From NCBI GenBank assembly GCA_024704765.1, contig JAKMXF010000033.1:124001-188000 (forward strand): a DNA stretch of 64,000 bases, in the 5' to 3' direction. The notes below the pieces were generated by a model. That model ran no database searches and was not told where the DNA came from. It saw nothing but the letters and a program-made list of their open reading frames with translations. The position numbers were made by a program, and so were the translations under genes. The first letter of the stretch is position 1. Every line of letters begins with the position of its first letter. Shown here piece by piece: positions 1 through 14,971 of the stretch. Source of the DNA: Oopsacas minuta. Lineage: Eukaryota; Animalia; Porifera.

Positions 1-270
1 TGTACTAATTTGAGTCTATTTTTAGGGACCAAAGATATTCCTGTCACTTACCAAAACTCCCAAACAGCATTGGACAACCCCAACAGAGTTCTAACCCCAT
101 TAGAATCTAACCAATTAGATATCAGCGTTAAGGAGCAGACAATATGATTAGTATAAATAGGAGTGTTTTAATTTAATAATTTTTGTTTACTTTTCTTTAT
201 TGATTTATTATTGTTTGTGTTTCTGTCAAATTGTTTATATTTATTATTATGATTGCTAAACAAACAAATA

Positions 271-994
271 CTAATTCCACCATGTCAATAGTCCTAATCC
301 CGGGTCGGTAATTTGGGCGTATAACTTGTAAGGAAGTTCTGTTTCCTTGTTATCGTCTTGTCCCTTTTTATCAACTGCTATATCAACAAACTTCTCCTTT
401 GTTATACTAAATCTTATCGGCTCGCCTTTATCGATATACAAGTCGTGAGTATTATCTTCTACTTTATACTTCCAAACCCAAACCTGTTCATTCTCTTGCC
501 ATACTGAGTCTTGTGGCAGACAATCTTGAGTAATTAGAATGTCATGGAAGAAATCTATAAACAAATAAACAAGTAAACAAACTTGTTTAGTTGCAAAGAA
601 ATTTAGAATCGATTGCCCAGTTCCTTGCCCAACAATTGTTAAGAGATAGGAGGACAGTTATGTGGCCACTATATACATGTCCTCACTTACCTACATGTAC
701 GTGTACTCCCTCATGTGTAGATTTGAACACGTGACCATTCAACACCTCCCCAATGAAGGGTCTAAACACAATAACTCTAAACTCAAGCGTAATGATGACG
801 TCAGGTTGTCCAGGGAGTACAACAGGCTCTGTCATATCTAATATATCGAATAGTGCTATAACTAGTCCTATGTTATAGATGACTTTATTTCCATATTTGA
901 TTGCGAGCTGGTCACGTAGATGCTTTGTCAGTTCCCAACCCAGTCTGTGTGGTGGTATCATGATGACGTCACGCATGTGTACCAGCTGGAACAT
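271..994 (-). CDS. POLR3H: RNA polymerase III subunit RPC8/RPC25 (2 exons: 994-691, 554-271)
   Basis: MFQLVHMRDVIMIPP...NKVIYNIGLVIALFDI and EQVWVWKY...HDLYIDKGEPIRF...PGLGLLTWW match RPC25; in-frame GT-AG intron 690-555. Confidence 0.93.
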
Positions 995-1818
995 AGCTAT
1001 CATATGAAATATACTATTGTTAGTTCTGTAAATAATTAGATAATTTTGTACCTCAAACATTAACAGATTTATAATTACAATATAAGAGTATAATAAGACC
1101 AGTTCTTATGTTGCTAGGGTGAGTGATTCAGGAATGTCTGTAGCTCTATTATATGCCCTTGCTCTTGACTGTCTTCAAATCCTCCCAATTAGTTGTGATC
1201 GGCTTGCGGAGGTCGAGATCAGCTGATTGTCTGGAAGAAGTTAGTTAGGGGTGAGAGGGTCTGTCGGTATTAGCGTTCCATTCGTTAAAAATTTGTCTGG
1301 TAAATAATCCGTCATGGTTTCATGGCTTCTTCTTGGTTCTTTGTTGTTGTCCTTCCTTTCTTGTTCTCTTCGTTTCTTTCTTCAGCTGGTGATCTGGTGT
1401 TCTTCAACTCACAGCCCCAGACACTAGGCTGCAGAGGGACTATCACTAAGATATTCATATATTTTTCTTGCTATTATTTGCGATATAAATTGTTGTAGTT
1501 TAATATAACAAACAAACAATCAAACATTTGTCACTATTTCTTATATAATGGAATATAACTCAATTATAATTTTGAGGGCTATATATGATCAATAGTTATT
1601 CATATTTTCTTGTATGTTCGGATAATGCAAAAATAATTATTGCAGTAATCTAATAGAATTTCCATCACTAATATTTGAGGTATATACATATAGCTCTGTA
1701 ATGCGTAATGCGTCTTCTTTGAAAGACGTACGTACAACAACTTAGCTATTTTTTGTCTAAACTCCTAACCTTCCTCCTTTCATTATTTCGAGTATAAAAC
1801 TGTAGTTAGCTGTTTGCA

Positions 1819-2565
1819 ATGAGTTCTGATGCCATCGAGCTAGCAAGATTGAAAATGGAGAATGCCAAATTGACTAATCAGCTGCAAATAAGTAAAGAAG
1901 AGAAGGAAATAGATGCTGATATGATTAGATCTCTCAACAGAGAAGTAAACAAACTTAAGCTAATGTAAACAGTATTTATTTATTGTAATAATGTCGAATA
2001 TGTTGATATTTGTTGTTGTTGTTGTTGTTGTTGTTTAGGATTGAAGATGATCAGAGCAAAGAACTAGCATTACTCAGATTAGAGAGGGAAAATAAACAGC
2101 TGAAGAATGACCTGATTGAGACTAATGCGAAGGCAAGAAGTGAAAAATATAAAAGAGGGAAAATTGAGTCTAGTTTATCTGGTAAGTAATTGCCTAATAA
2201 ATAAACAGACAGACAGACAAACAAACAAACAAACAAACAAACAAACAAACAAACAAACAAACAAACACCTAATTAATTTCCTACATTTAGAAGTAGAGGA
2301 TGACATTCTCTGGCTAAGAGAGAAAGAGTCAAAACAAAGAAAAGAGAAACAAAAACTAAAATGCGAACTTGACGAGACTAAATATAATCTCAGACGCGTA
2401 ACAAAGTCTCAGGAGAACTTACAGTCCCTGCTGAGTGAGGACAAGAGGGAGTACTCAAGAGCTGAGAAGGAGTTCAAGAAGTTGGAGGACTCTATTTTGT
2501 CTAAGCGGCAGAAACGAAGGAGACGCTTATACGGTGAGTTAAAATTCCTTGTCCATAGGTGCTGA
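1819..2565 (+). CDS. Coiled-coil protein, at least 3 exons, 3' end uncertain
   Basis: ATG 1819; E/K/L-rich heptad exons splice in frame across GT-AG introns near 1965-2038 and 2182-2290. Confidence 0.55.
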
Positions 2566-2926
2566 ACCTTAGATCGTTCAAGTTGTTAGGAAGTTCGACG
2601 CTCCTGTCTCTGCGATTAAACATAAATTAACACTTCAATATCTTAGGCAATCTCCTCTCGTCTGATTCAGATTCAGATTCCTATCCCAGCTATAACTACC
2701 GTCTGTCTGCACCTAAACATTACCGTCATTATCTTTACTGAATTATAAATAGGATAATTATCACTGTTTGATTACAACGCTTTTATCTCTTATTTGTGTT
2801 TTCGAAATTATGAGCTATGCAATTCTCTATTTCAATACAAAAACGTGAACAGGTTACAAACAAACAAACAGTCAATAATAGCTACAGATTAGTAATCTCA
2901 AAATATACATTTTTCCTCTGACTAGC

Positions 2927-4728
2927 ATGAGTGATCTATTCCATGGGTTTGCAGAACAAACACAGAGTGCCCTCTCTTCTCTAACAACTCTCCTACAGGA
3001 ACATGAACACGCTATGCGGGACTTAGACCGTGAATTATTAGAGCAAGGTTCGAGTAACAACCCTGATTCTATATATAGAATGAAGGTGTGTGCTGAGAAG
3101 AGAGCTCAATTAGAACAGAATAAAGAGAATATTCAAGATAATATATCACAGAATGAAATAATGTTATTAGCTTTAGCTCGTATCTCACAGCTAGAGACCA
3201 ATTGTTTTTCTCTTCAGGAACAACATAAATTCATGGTTTCAGAGGCTGAGAAAGTAAACAAATAAATAAATAAACAAACAAACAAACAAACAAATGAACA
3301 AACACAATTTTATTATTATTTATCCTAACAGTTGAAGGAACAATTAGACGATACAAGAATGCAGTTAGAACAGAGTCAAGAGAGAGTAGTAATCCTTGAA
3401 GCAGAGCACGAAGAGGTCAAATTCCTAGCAGCATTAAGTTCCAGAGCTGAGGCAGCACTCACTGGATCTCTGGAGACATCTGGTGCCACCCAGGTGTCAA
3501 GTGGCACATGTAGTAAGAAGGACGGCGAGGATAAGAGTGCTCATATGCATATGGATGATTCTACAGAGAGTAGCGTGACTGAGAGTGGTTCTATCTCAGA
3601 ATTAAGTATGTTATAGAAACTACGTGTAAGATAGTCAAATCGGCTACCACATCCCTAGTCCAAATATACAAATTCTTGTTACTATATAATTAATTCAGGT
3701 CCCATAACAGACATGTCAGCTGATACTAGAAAGCAGATCGCAATCATTAGTGATTACAATAAGAAAGGCAGCTACGATATAGCAGTAAACTTCTCAAAGA
3801 AAACATTACAAGATTTACAAGCAAACACTCCTCAGTCTAAGTCTGATAGAGCAGTAGTTCTAAACACATTAGCGCTGCTATACAGAGATATCGGCGATCC
3901 AATCCAGAGCATACCCTTGTTAGAAGAAGCACTTAGAATACGGGAAGAGTTACACGGGAATAATCATATAAGGGTTGCCTCTATCGCTAACAATTTGGCT
4001 ATTTTCTATTCTAAAACTCGTCAGTATGAGCTAGCTGAAAACAGCTGTAAGAAAGCTCTTACTGTCAAGGAATTAGCGTTAGGTTCTGATTCAGTAGAGG
4101 TAGCTCGACAGGTAATTTAATTAACGCTTATAGTTCTGATCGTACTAATTAATTCCTGTGTTTGTAGGTGAGTAATTTAGCTTTGATCTGTCAGAGCAGA
4201 CATAAACTGGAAGAGGCAGAATTCAACTTTGTGCGTGCATTGAATATTTACCAAACAGAACTGGGAACAAAAGACAAATCAGTTCTCAAGACAATGACTG
4301 AGTTAGGACAGTTTTATCTACAACAGAAGAAGTATGAAGAAGCTGAGAAATTCCTGAAACAAGTGGTTGCTAGTGGCGAGGAAGTGAAGGAACAAGGAGG
4401 AGACGCCTTATGGACAGGAGTACAACCAATAATTTTACAATGTGTAAAGAGCTTAAAAGATCTTTATAGTGCTACGAGAAATACCGAACTAATCAAACAG
4501 ACAGAATTAAGATTTCAAAAATTAAGTAGAGATCTCAAAAATAAACATTCTAGAATTCCTTCCCGAAATAGAACGCCACCTCCTAGCATGCTCCCCAAGC
4601 TCTCTAGCCAGGCCCCTGCTAGATGTAGTCCTACTCCTACTACTCCTACCCTTTCTGTCACAGGCATACCACGATCTGAGTCAAGAGGATCTTCTATGAG
4701 TAGACCCTCCAGAGACAAACAATTATGA
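2927..4728 (+). CDS. Divergent kinesin light chain-like protein (heptad repeat + TPRs), about 4 exons
   Basis: LKEQLDDTRMQLEQSQERVVILEAEHEEVKFL resembles the KLC heptad; KLC-type TPRs (VLNTLALLYRD, EALRIREELHG, ANNLAIFY, LSNLALICQ). Confidence 0.8.
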
Positions 4729-4985
4729 AAATGGATAGTTAATATTTGAATTAATCTGTATATATGATGTCTGTAATATTATCTCAATAAATGTTCACAG
4801 AGGATTGACACCAATTCTACATCCATACTGCTCTACTTGAATAGATGTATGAAGCAATAAATAGATTCACTAATATCATGCTATGCTATGCTTCTTAACC
4901 ACTAACCATATGAAGCCACTATTATAACACTTAAAGCTGTATCTGTATAAATATTGTGGTCTGAATTTCAATAACTTAGCTGATA

Positions 4986-5720
4986 ATGGCAACAAGTAGA
5001 ACTCAGTTTACTACGGAACAAGACGATCCTCTCGTCTTCCTGAATCTAGGATTCCCCCTTACAGTAGAAATAGAAGACAAGGAATGGCCTACGATAGAGC
5101 ATTACTATTTAGCTATGAAATTCCCTGAAGAGGAGCAACAGGATAAAATCAGGACCGCTAGGCTGGAGGACGCGAGACTTATGGCATTCCATGCTTCCCC
5201 TGGGGCCTTGAGCGAGGTAGAAATAGATGAAGTACTCCTTAGAGCTCTGAGAGCTAAATTCAGTCAATACCCTAATCTAGCTAAAAGCCTTGGTTCTATT
5301 AGAGATCATGTAATTGTGTTAAAAGATAAAGATCCTTACCTTGGCAACGGGAATGGCACTGGGAAATGTGGGCAGAATAAACTAGGAATTCTATTGGCAT
5401 TCATGCGTAAAGAAATCAACGATAATGCTTCGAAATATTTGGAGGAAGTATCCGATTCATCTTCTGAGAGTGATACGGAGCCTTGCCTTCCCCAATCTGG
5501 ACCACTTAACTCTGTAACATTCCAATCGCCACCTACGTTACTACGACAAGATCACCCGTCAGAGGGATATATGGGGAGCAGGGAAGAGAACCAATTTATC
5601 GGGTTCAATCATCAGCTCCCTCCTCTTCCTGAGTACTACAAAACACACACAACAACGGATGTTCTCTCAGGAATGCCTCCCTTCTCTCATGCTAGGATTA
5701 AGCATACCAGTATTCTATAG
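4986..5720 (+). CDS. NADAR/YbiA-family domain protein, intronless, with low-complexity C-terminal tail
   Basis: WPTIEHYYLAMKF, ALRAKFSQYPNL, DPYLGNG and GQNKLGILL motifs. Confidence 0.85.
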   Translation: MATSRTQFTTEQDDPLVFLNLGFPLTVEIEDKEWPTIEHYYLAMKFPEEEQQDKIRTARLEDARLMAFHASPGALSEVEIDEVLLRALRAKFSQYPNLAKSLGSIRDHVIVLKDKDPYLGNGNGTGKCGQNKLGILLAFMRKEINDNASKYLEEVSDSSSESDTEPCLPQSGPLNSVTFQSPPTLLRQDHPSEGYMGSREENQFIGFNHQLPPLPEYYKTHTTTDVLSGMPPFSHARIKHTSIL

Positions 5721-5964
5721 AAACTATATTTGATAATTCTTCTGTATATTTGGCTGAAAGATTGAGTTATTTAATGAAGTAAATTTGATACAATATGGGA
5801 CCGTAGGAGAGGTTCAATTCACGGGACAGGACCCCGAGGTACATTAGACAAAGCATAAATTGGAACTAATTTCATTATACGCACAATTAAACGGGAACTA
5901 TAAGGGTGATAATCTATAATACACAAACAGTTAATTGTTAAATAATATCAAATTAATATTTTTC

Positions 5965-6908
5965 TCAATTTTTATTCCTAGAAATAAACAAACAAACAAA
6001 TAAACAAACAAACAAATAAACAAATAAACAAATAAACAAACAAACGAATAAACAAACAAACAAACAAACAAATAAACAAACAAACAAACAAACAAACGAA
6101 TAAACAAACAAACAAACAAACAAATAAACAAACAAACAAACAAACAAATAAACAAACAAATAAACAAATAAACAAACAAATAAACAAACAAATAAACAAA
6201 TAAACAAATAAACAAACAAATAATTATCCGAATAACCTCACTTCACAACTTACAGTCTATATCTAATCAGCCTCCATCCTTGTATCAGTTGTGCTCCTTC
6301 ATTAGTAAAATGACATGAGAACAGTAGCCAATTCCTCGGCTGTACTTTAATAGCAAATCTCATGAACAGCATTGAATACACAGCTAGAGCTAAGTAACAC
6401 TTTGAAATTGACAATATATGTATTTACTTCAAATTCGTCTCCCTCCCTGAGGGGTGTAGCCAAATTTCCTCAGCTACTGATCGAGGAAATGGGAATTTTC
6501 AAGGTGTTAATAACCCCTCTCATTACAATATAAACTTACCTGCAGTCATTTTTCCAGATATCATTGTAGGATCTCTCTTCATATCCGCTATTGCTGCTAA
6601 CGGTAGTCCCCAATTAGCCACTGAGAATAGCAAAAGTAATCACAATTATTGTTATTTGTATAAGAACATACTTACCTGGTCCCCAAAAATGCTAAAAGAT
6701 AAACAATAATAAATCAATTAGTGTGTACGTAAATATACAAATAAACAAATCAACAACTGACCGTGCTGTCGAATCACAAACATAGAAGAAATAAACAAAC
6801 ATAAAGTACCAAAACAAATCAGAAAGTAACACCTCACCTCAGAAAATATTGTGCCCATTCTCTCGCCTTTGGATTCTTCACAAATCTATGAATAATTGCT
6901 GTTGTCAT
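5965..6908 (-). CDS. MPC1: Mitochondrial pyruvate carrier 1 (exons approx. 6908-6838, 6765-6762, 6691-6676, 6620-6540, 6389-6254, 5977-5965; last exon tentative)
   Basis: Spliced product ...[74 protein letters not shown]; missed by the ORF track because the exons are tiny. Confidence 0.93.
5983..6221. repeat. AAAC/AAAT microsatellite (about 240 bp), probably in the last MPC1 intron
   Basis: Directly visible tetranucleotide array; it generates the spurious FVCL-type ORFs. Confidence 0.95.
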
Positions 6909-7286
6909 GGTAATAATTCGTGTCGTTTGGAATTATAATTATCTATAGCGTAAGAATAATTGTTATGGTTGCGTTTATACAAAACATTCAATTCTAATGG
7001 ATTATCCCGTGGGTACATGTAGCTACCAATTGGCTCACGTCACGCAGTGAACGCTTCGATATTTAGCTTCTCCTAGGTGTTGAAAACTCTCCGATGCCTA
7101 CCTCAGTTTTTGGGGAGCTTGTGACACTAATTATAGCAGGATTGTGTTATCTGCTGAATATCAAAATGCCCGCCTACATCGAGTCTATAATTGTACAAAT
7201 ATTTTCCCAAACCGTTGCATAATGAAGTAACCATCACTGTCCCTTGAAATGTCTTTAATTTTTGTATGCTAGTAACTCTTCATGAG

Positions 7287-9421
7287 ATGGGTTGTACTTC
7301 CTCCAGTAGTTCAGCTCAAATACCTTCCAAACACCCCATAGAAGACACCCATCAGAGACAAAATCACCCTTCCACAAGGACTATAATACATGCTGGAGAG
7401 AATGTTGTTAAAATGTCCTTACCTGTACAGGAGGCAGTTATGGTAGTCATGTATCCATACTCTGTCCCATCGATTAATTTGAAGAAGGATGATCTAGTTA
7501 GACTAGGGGAGAAGGGAAGAGGAGATTGTTATTGGTGTGAAATACAGACCAATACAGGAGATAGTATACATGTCCCTGAACAAATACTGGCTAGTAGAGG
7601 ATCTCTTCCTGCTTGCGAGTAAGTTAATAAGTGCCCGATTTGATCCCCAAGGGGTCAATTTGTATACTCAAAAATATGTGAAAACATTATCATGTTTTGT
7701 AGATGGTATTACGAGTGTATCTCTAAACGAGAAGCTGAAAAGAAACTGATACAACCGAGAATCGAACCAGGGACCTTCCTTGTCCACAAGAAGCCTTACA
7801 ATGAAGATTACATATGTACAACTATGACTGAAGGAGGTACTAAGCAATATGTAATACGTAGCGACGAGAAAGGAGGATATTTCATTACTAGAAGGAGAGT
7901 ATTTGAATCAGTTCAGGAGTTGATAGATGTGTTTACGCTAGAAAAGGGAGAGGATATTCCATTTAGATTACAGAAACCCCTACAGCGTGTTCCTCCTATC
8001 CTGTACTCCTGTTATCAAGGGATTAATTATCCTCTTGAAATACAAACTGATAAGATTGAGATTGGGAATTGTATCGGAGAGAGTAATGTATGGGAAGGTA
8101 GATTCAATGGAAATATTGTAAGTTGTTTGTTTACTAGTTGTTATAGCATTTGTTTATTGATGTTTCACAGGTAATAGTTAGGAAGTTGAACTCAACTAAT
8201 TTTACTCAAGAAGAATTTACCAAATCCATGGTCCAATTTAGAAACACCTATCATAAGAATCTCCAGCTGTTAATTGGATTCTGCTGCCCTAAAAATGAAT
8301 TCCTGATGGTTACTGAGAACTTTCCTAGAGGTAATCTCAGAGATTATCTAAAGGAGCAGAGTGAAGTACTCATTGAGCCTGAACTCATAACTTATTGTAC
8401 TCAGGTAGATTTTATCACTGTGTTTGGTCTTGCTTCTAGATTACAAACTTGTTAACTACAGTGGAGTCTCCCAAACAGACACTCAAGAAGCGGACAACTG
8501 CCTATAATGAACAAAAGCGATGCGTCCAACGTGTCTATTATTCGGAGACTCTACTGTAAATCCAGGAAAATATTCATTGCAGTTTTTTGGTAAAAATAGT
8601 CAAAATTCATAAAATTTGAATGCAGGGGAAAGCAGTTAGAAGTGTTTATGAGTAATGTGATAATACAATATTGAATGTATTTCTATAGATAGCAAGTGGA
8701 ATGAATAATCTTGAGTTAGCTGGTATAACACACGGATTATTGTCTGCTTGTAATATTATGATTAGTAACGATGATATACTCAAAATATGTGACATAGGAG
8801 TATCTGAATTTGTTCATTCTAAAGATTATTATGTGAGGTGGACAGCTCCCGAGGTGTTACGAGATAGTTATAAGTGAGTTTATTAAGATATTATGAGGTG
8901 TTTTGATATTTTAACACCCTCCTATTCACTTTTCACTACAATTATATTCGATAGCGTCAGTCCTAAATCAGATGTTTGGAGTTTTGGTATCTTATTAACA
9001 GAGATTGTGACTCTTGGAGAGGAGCCTTACTCAACCTTAACAAATCCAGAAGTTAGTTATCTGTTTTATGCTCTCGTTATATCGAAGCTCAAGGAACCGC
9101 GATAATTACTTCGATATACCCGATGGAGTATATGTAACTGTTTTGGATCATATTTGTACAATTTCAAACTTTGATATATCGGTGTTAGATATAACGAGAG
9201 TTCACTTTCTATAGGTGAAGACACAGGTGTTAGATGGCTACCGTATGCCACGTCCTACTGATTGTCATGCTTACCTCTACGATATGATGAATGAATGCTG
9301 GAACAATAATCCTAGACGGAGACCTACTTTTGATAGTTTATCTTACCGGTTAGATGATTTTTATATCGCAGCTGAACACGAGACCAACCCTAGGCAAAGT
9401 TTGTATAGATATTTTAAATAA
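7287..9421 (+). CDS. Src-family pseudokinase (MGC N-terminus, degenerate SH3, SH2 and kinase domains)
   Basis: SH2-like WYY...EAEKKL...GTFLVH; kinase exons with [47 protein letters not shown]. Confidence 0.85.
8457..8558. mobile_element. Short TA-flanked MITE-like element in an intron
   Basis: Inverted ends TACAGTGGAGTCTC ... GAGACTCTACTGTA. Confidence 0.7.
9070..9208. mobile_element. TA-flanked Tc1/mariner-pogo-like MITE family; other copies at about 12908-12981, 15578-15735, 21002-21170, 25690-25830, 36868-37005, 50986-51052 and 54115-54189
   Basis: Shared core GTTATATCGAAGCTCAAGG(G/A)ACC..GATAATTACTTCGATAT and ends resembling TACAGTCAACTC...GAGTTGACTGTA. Confidence 0.85.
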
Positions 9422-10196
9422 TTAACGAGTATTTGGCGTTTTTATCATTTGACGTGTATATTTTGATTTTTTTGTAATTTATTCTAAGAAAGTTTGTAGT
9501 TTTGATACATTTTTGTGTGTAAGCATTGACAACAACAATGGGCAATTGGAATTCAACATTTTCTAGACTCCTACTCCTGTGCTTTTGAGACAAAAATAAT
9601 TCACGCCAATTACAAGCATTCCTATACTACACACGTGTCTTATAGCTCTATGAATATTGTATCATGATTGAACCTATATGATAACACACCAAGTATGTAT
9701 GAGATGGCTCGGCTCATATTTCTTCTGGGTTGGTGGATTAGATATCAGTAGGCTTAATACCGTCTGACACACTTATAACTAGCTTAAATGTATTATTCCA
9801 TTGAGTAAAATACTCATCCATGGATGGCAAATATTTCGGGTTTTGTTGGGGACTTGAATTCTGTAACTAATATTTGGTTGTAGAATTCGAACCTCCTTAA
9901 TGGTGCAAGTAAAAGTAGGCATTTGCTGATAGGTTTCACTACCCTCGGTTGGTATTCGTATTACTTGTCAAGGGTAGGTCTTAAAGACAGTAATACCCAT
10001 TGAAATACCGGAGGCTCTATTGTTGTGTTTTGCTGTATAACCAGAAATTAATCGTCCCTGAAAAATTGGCAATATCCCCGCTACATCCAGTTCTGTAATA
10101 ATTATAATATTTGTAATAATACTGATTTAATAATCAAATAATTACTGCTATAAAAGACAGGAATTATACTCAAAATTATATATTCACATATCAAAA

Positions 10197-13215
<3,019 letters not shown>

Positions 13216-13438
13216 GATCTTTTTTTATTAGATTCTACTTTATTTTGAATTTATTTATGGTATTTTAATTACTGTAATAATACAAACAAGAGGATCTATG
13301 TAGATAGGTGTGTATTTTTGTTTATTGTTTGACTCTATTAGATATTCCATACCAAGTCTCGATGTGCAGATCTGTAATTTTTATTCGGTATTGCTTAATT
13401 ATTAAACTATTCTAATAATTGTAATTATACAGGAATTG

Positions 13439-13677
13439 CTATACGGACACTTCGCTAGATTGTTAGTGAGGCTATTCTAAAGATGTTACGTCACTCATGG
13501 CATGATTTCCGTAGTTGTGTTTACTACACATGAAAGCATACTCTCACCAAGCGTGCTTTGGTTGCTTGCCCTGCGTTCTTACGCAAAGGATTGTTTAGAC
13601 ACCAACTGACCAATATGATGAGTGACATGAGGTCTTTAGAAAAGCCTCACTAACAACGTAGCGAGGTGTCCGTATAG
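13439..13677. mobile_element. MITE-like element with about 45-bp imperfect terminal inverted repeats
   Basis: CTATACGGACACTTCGCTAGATTGTTAGTGAGGCTATTCTAAAGA at 13439 is the reverse complement, with about 3 mismatches, of 13633-13677. Confidence 0.8.
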
Positions 13678-13992
13678 ACGTGGTTCCAATAGCTACCATT
13701 GCTTATGGTTATAAGAAGCAGGACGGGATTCATGAACCCCTTGGAGGTATACATCAAGAATATTTCGAGTGTCAACTTAAGCAGCACCTCGTTAATGCGA
13801 ATTTGTGGATAAGACTGCTATACTTCAGTTCCATAGACATACGTTTTGCTAGCGTAATGAGTATATTGCAACTATCATATAGTAGATATCAGTGTACGTA
13901 AACTGAGCTGAATAGATGAAGTATATCTCATAATTACGAGGTGTTACATGTTAACTATATAATGTATAAATTACAAATATATTCAATTAAAA

Positions 13993-14643
13993 ATGAATAG
14001 TCTATTTATAACACTCATTGTTTCAACACTCCTGCTCAATGTCTCAGCACAATTTCCTGCACTATCCCCCAGCTACTCACTCTCTGGCCGGGGATTTAGA
14101 TCAGAATCGAGTTCATCACCAGGTACTGTCTTTTCATACGATGTATCAGTCGACATAGACAGACAGCTTTTACTTTATGAGGAAGCTTCTACAACGACTC
14201 TTGTCACTTTCACTTCTGTTACATTTCAACTTTCAAGTGGAAATGATGAGACCACATACATCAGTGTAAACGGAGAATGTGATATTACTACTACAAGTAT
14301 TCCCAGTATTAGTTTCCCGATAGATACCAATGTATGGTTCATGTACGCTAATGGGTCTGAGTCTCCAGCTGGTACCTACGGTTTCTCCCAGGATAGAGTA
14401 TTTCATGAAGTTGTAATAGAAGATGGATATCCTGTGGAATTTTCCTTTTCATTCGGAAATTCCTTTGTAACTTTAACTGTGGAGAATTTCAGTGACCAGA
14501 AACCAGATTTCTCAACTTTCTGTCTCCCCAGTGAATGTTCTGAGTACCAATGTGATGCCTGTCATAGCGGAGCAGCTACAGTAACTAGCAGTGTCCTGTT
14601 GCTCTTATCTGCTCTCCTTGTGTACCTCATGACAGCTGTATAG
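13993..14643 (+). CDS. Secreted, probably GPI-anchored ependymin-related-like protein, intronless
   Basis: Signal peptide; YISVNGEC and FCLPSEC resemble ependymin-family motifs; small-residue SGAA followed by a hydrophobic C-terminal tail. Confidence 0.6.
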   Translation: MNSLFITLIVSTLLLNVSAQFPALSPSYSLSGRGFRSESSSSPGTVFSYDVSVDIDRQLLLYEEASTTTLVTFTSVTFQLSSGNDETTYISVNGECDITTTSIPSISFPIDTNVWFMYANGSESPAGTYGFSQDRVFHEVVIEDGYPVEFSFSFGNSFVTLTVENFSDQKPDFSTFCLPSECSEYQCDACHSGAATVTSSVLLLLSALLVYLMTAV

Positions 14644-14853
14644 CCTCGTGTTATTGTTGTTATTGTTTATGTTATACACATGCATGTATATTTAGTTGTG
14701 TATTAGTTATCAAATCTAAAAATAGTAACTTTTTCTAATTGATTTGTTCCTTAGAATTCTCCTACAAAATACTATTTCGAATTAGCCAATAGAATCATTC
14801 CTTGTGGAATCCTCAATAGCTATAAATCTATAACATATTTGAATTCTTTTATG

Positions 14854-14866
14854 GTTGCTAGGCAAC
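14854..14866. promoter_or_regulatory. RFX X-box-like palindrome upstream of ULK4
   Basis: GTTGCTAGGCAAC about 105 bp before the ULK4 ATG. Confidence 0.55.
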
Positions 14867-14971
14867 TCTAAGGTGTCAATAATGTACCTTCATTTTAATG
14901 GGGCTTTCGAGGGACAGCACGACCCTATCAACGAACTAACATTTGAATTTTGTAAATATAAATTAGCGTCT

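Noticed and set aside
1100-1460. Purine-rich, coding-looking stretch on the minus strand upstream of POLR3H
   Set aside because: All frames are broken within about 50 codons and no family or convincing splice path was found
5931-6219. Three overlapping minus-strand ORFs of FVCL/FVYL repeats (also 2051-2260)
   Set aside because: They are translations of AAAC/AAAT microsatellites in introns
9780-10100. Minus-strand frame of about 105 codons interrupted by a single TGA between the two Src genes
   Set aside because: No start codon, splice sites or recognisable motif to support a gene or readthrough
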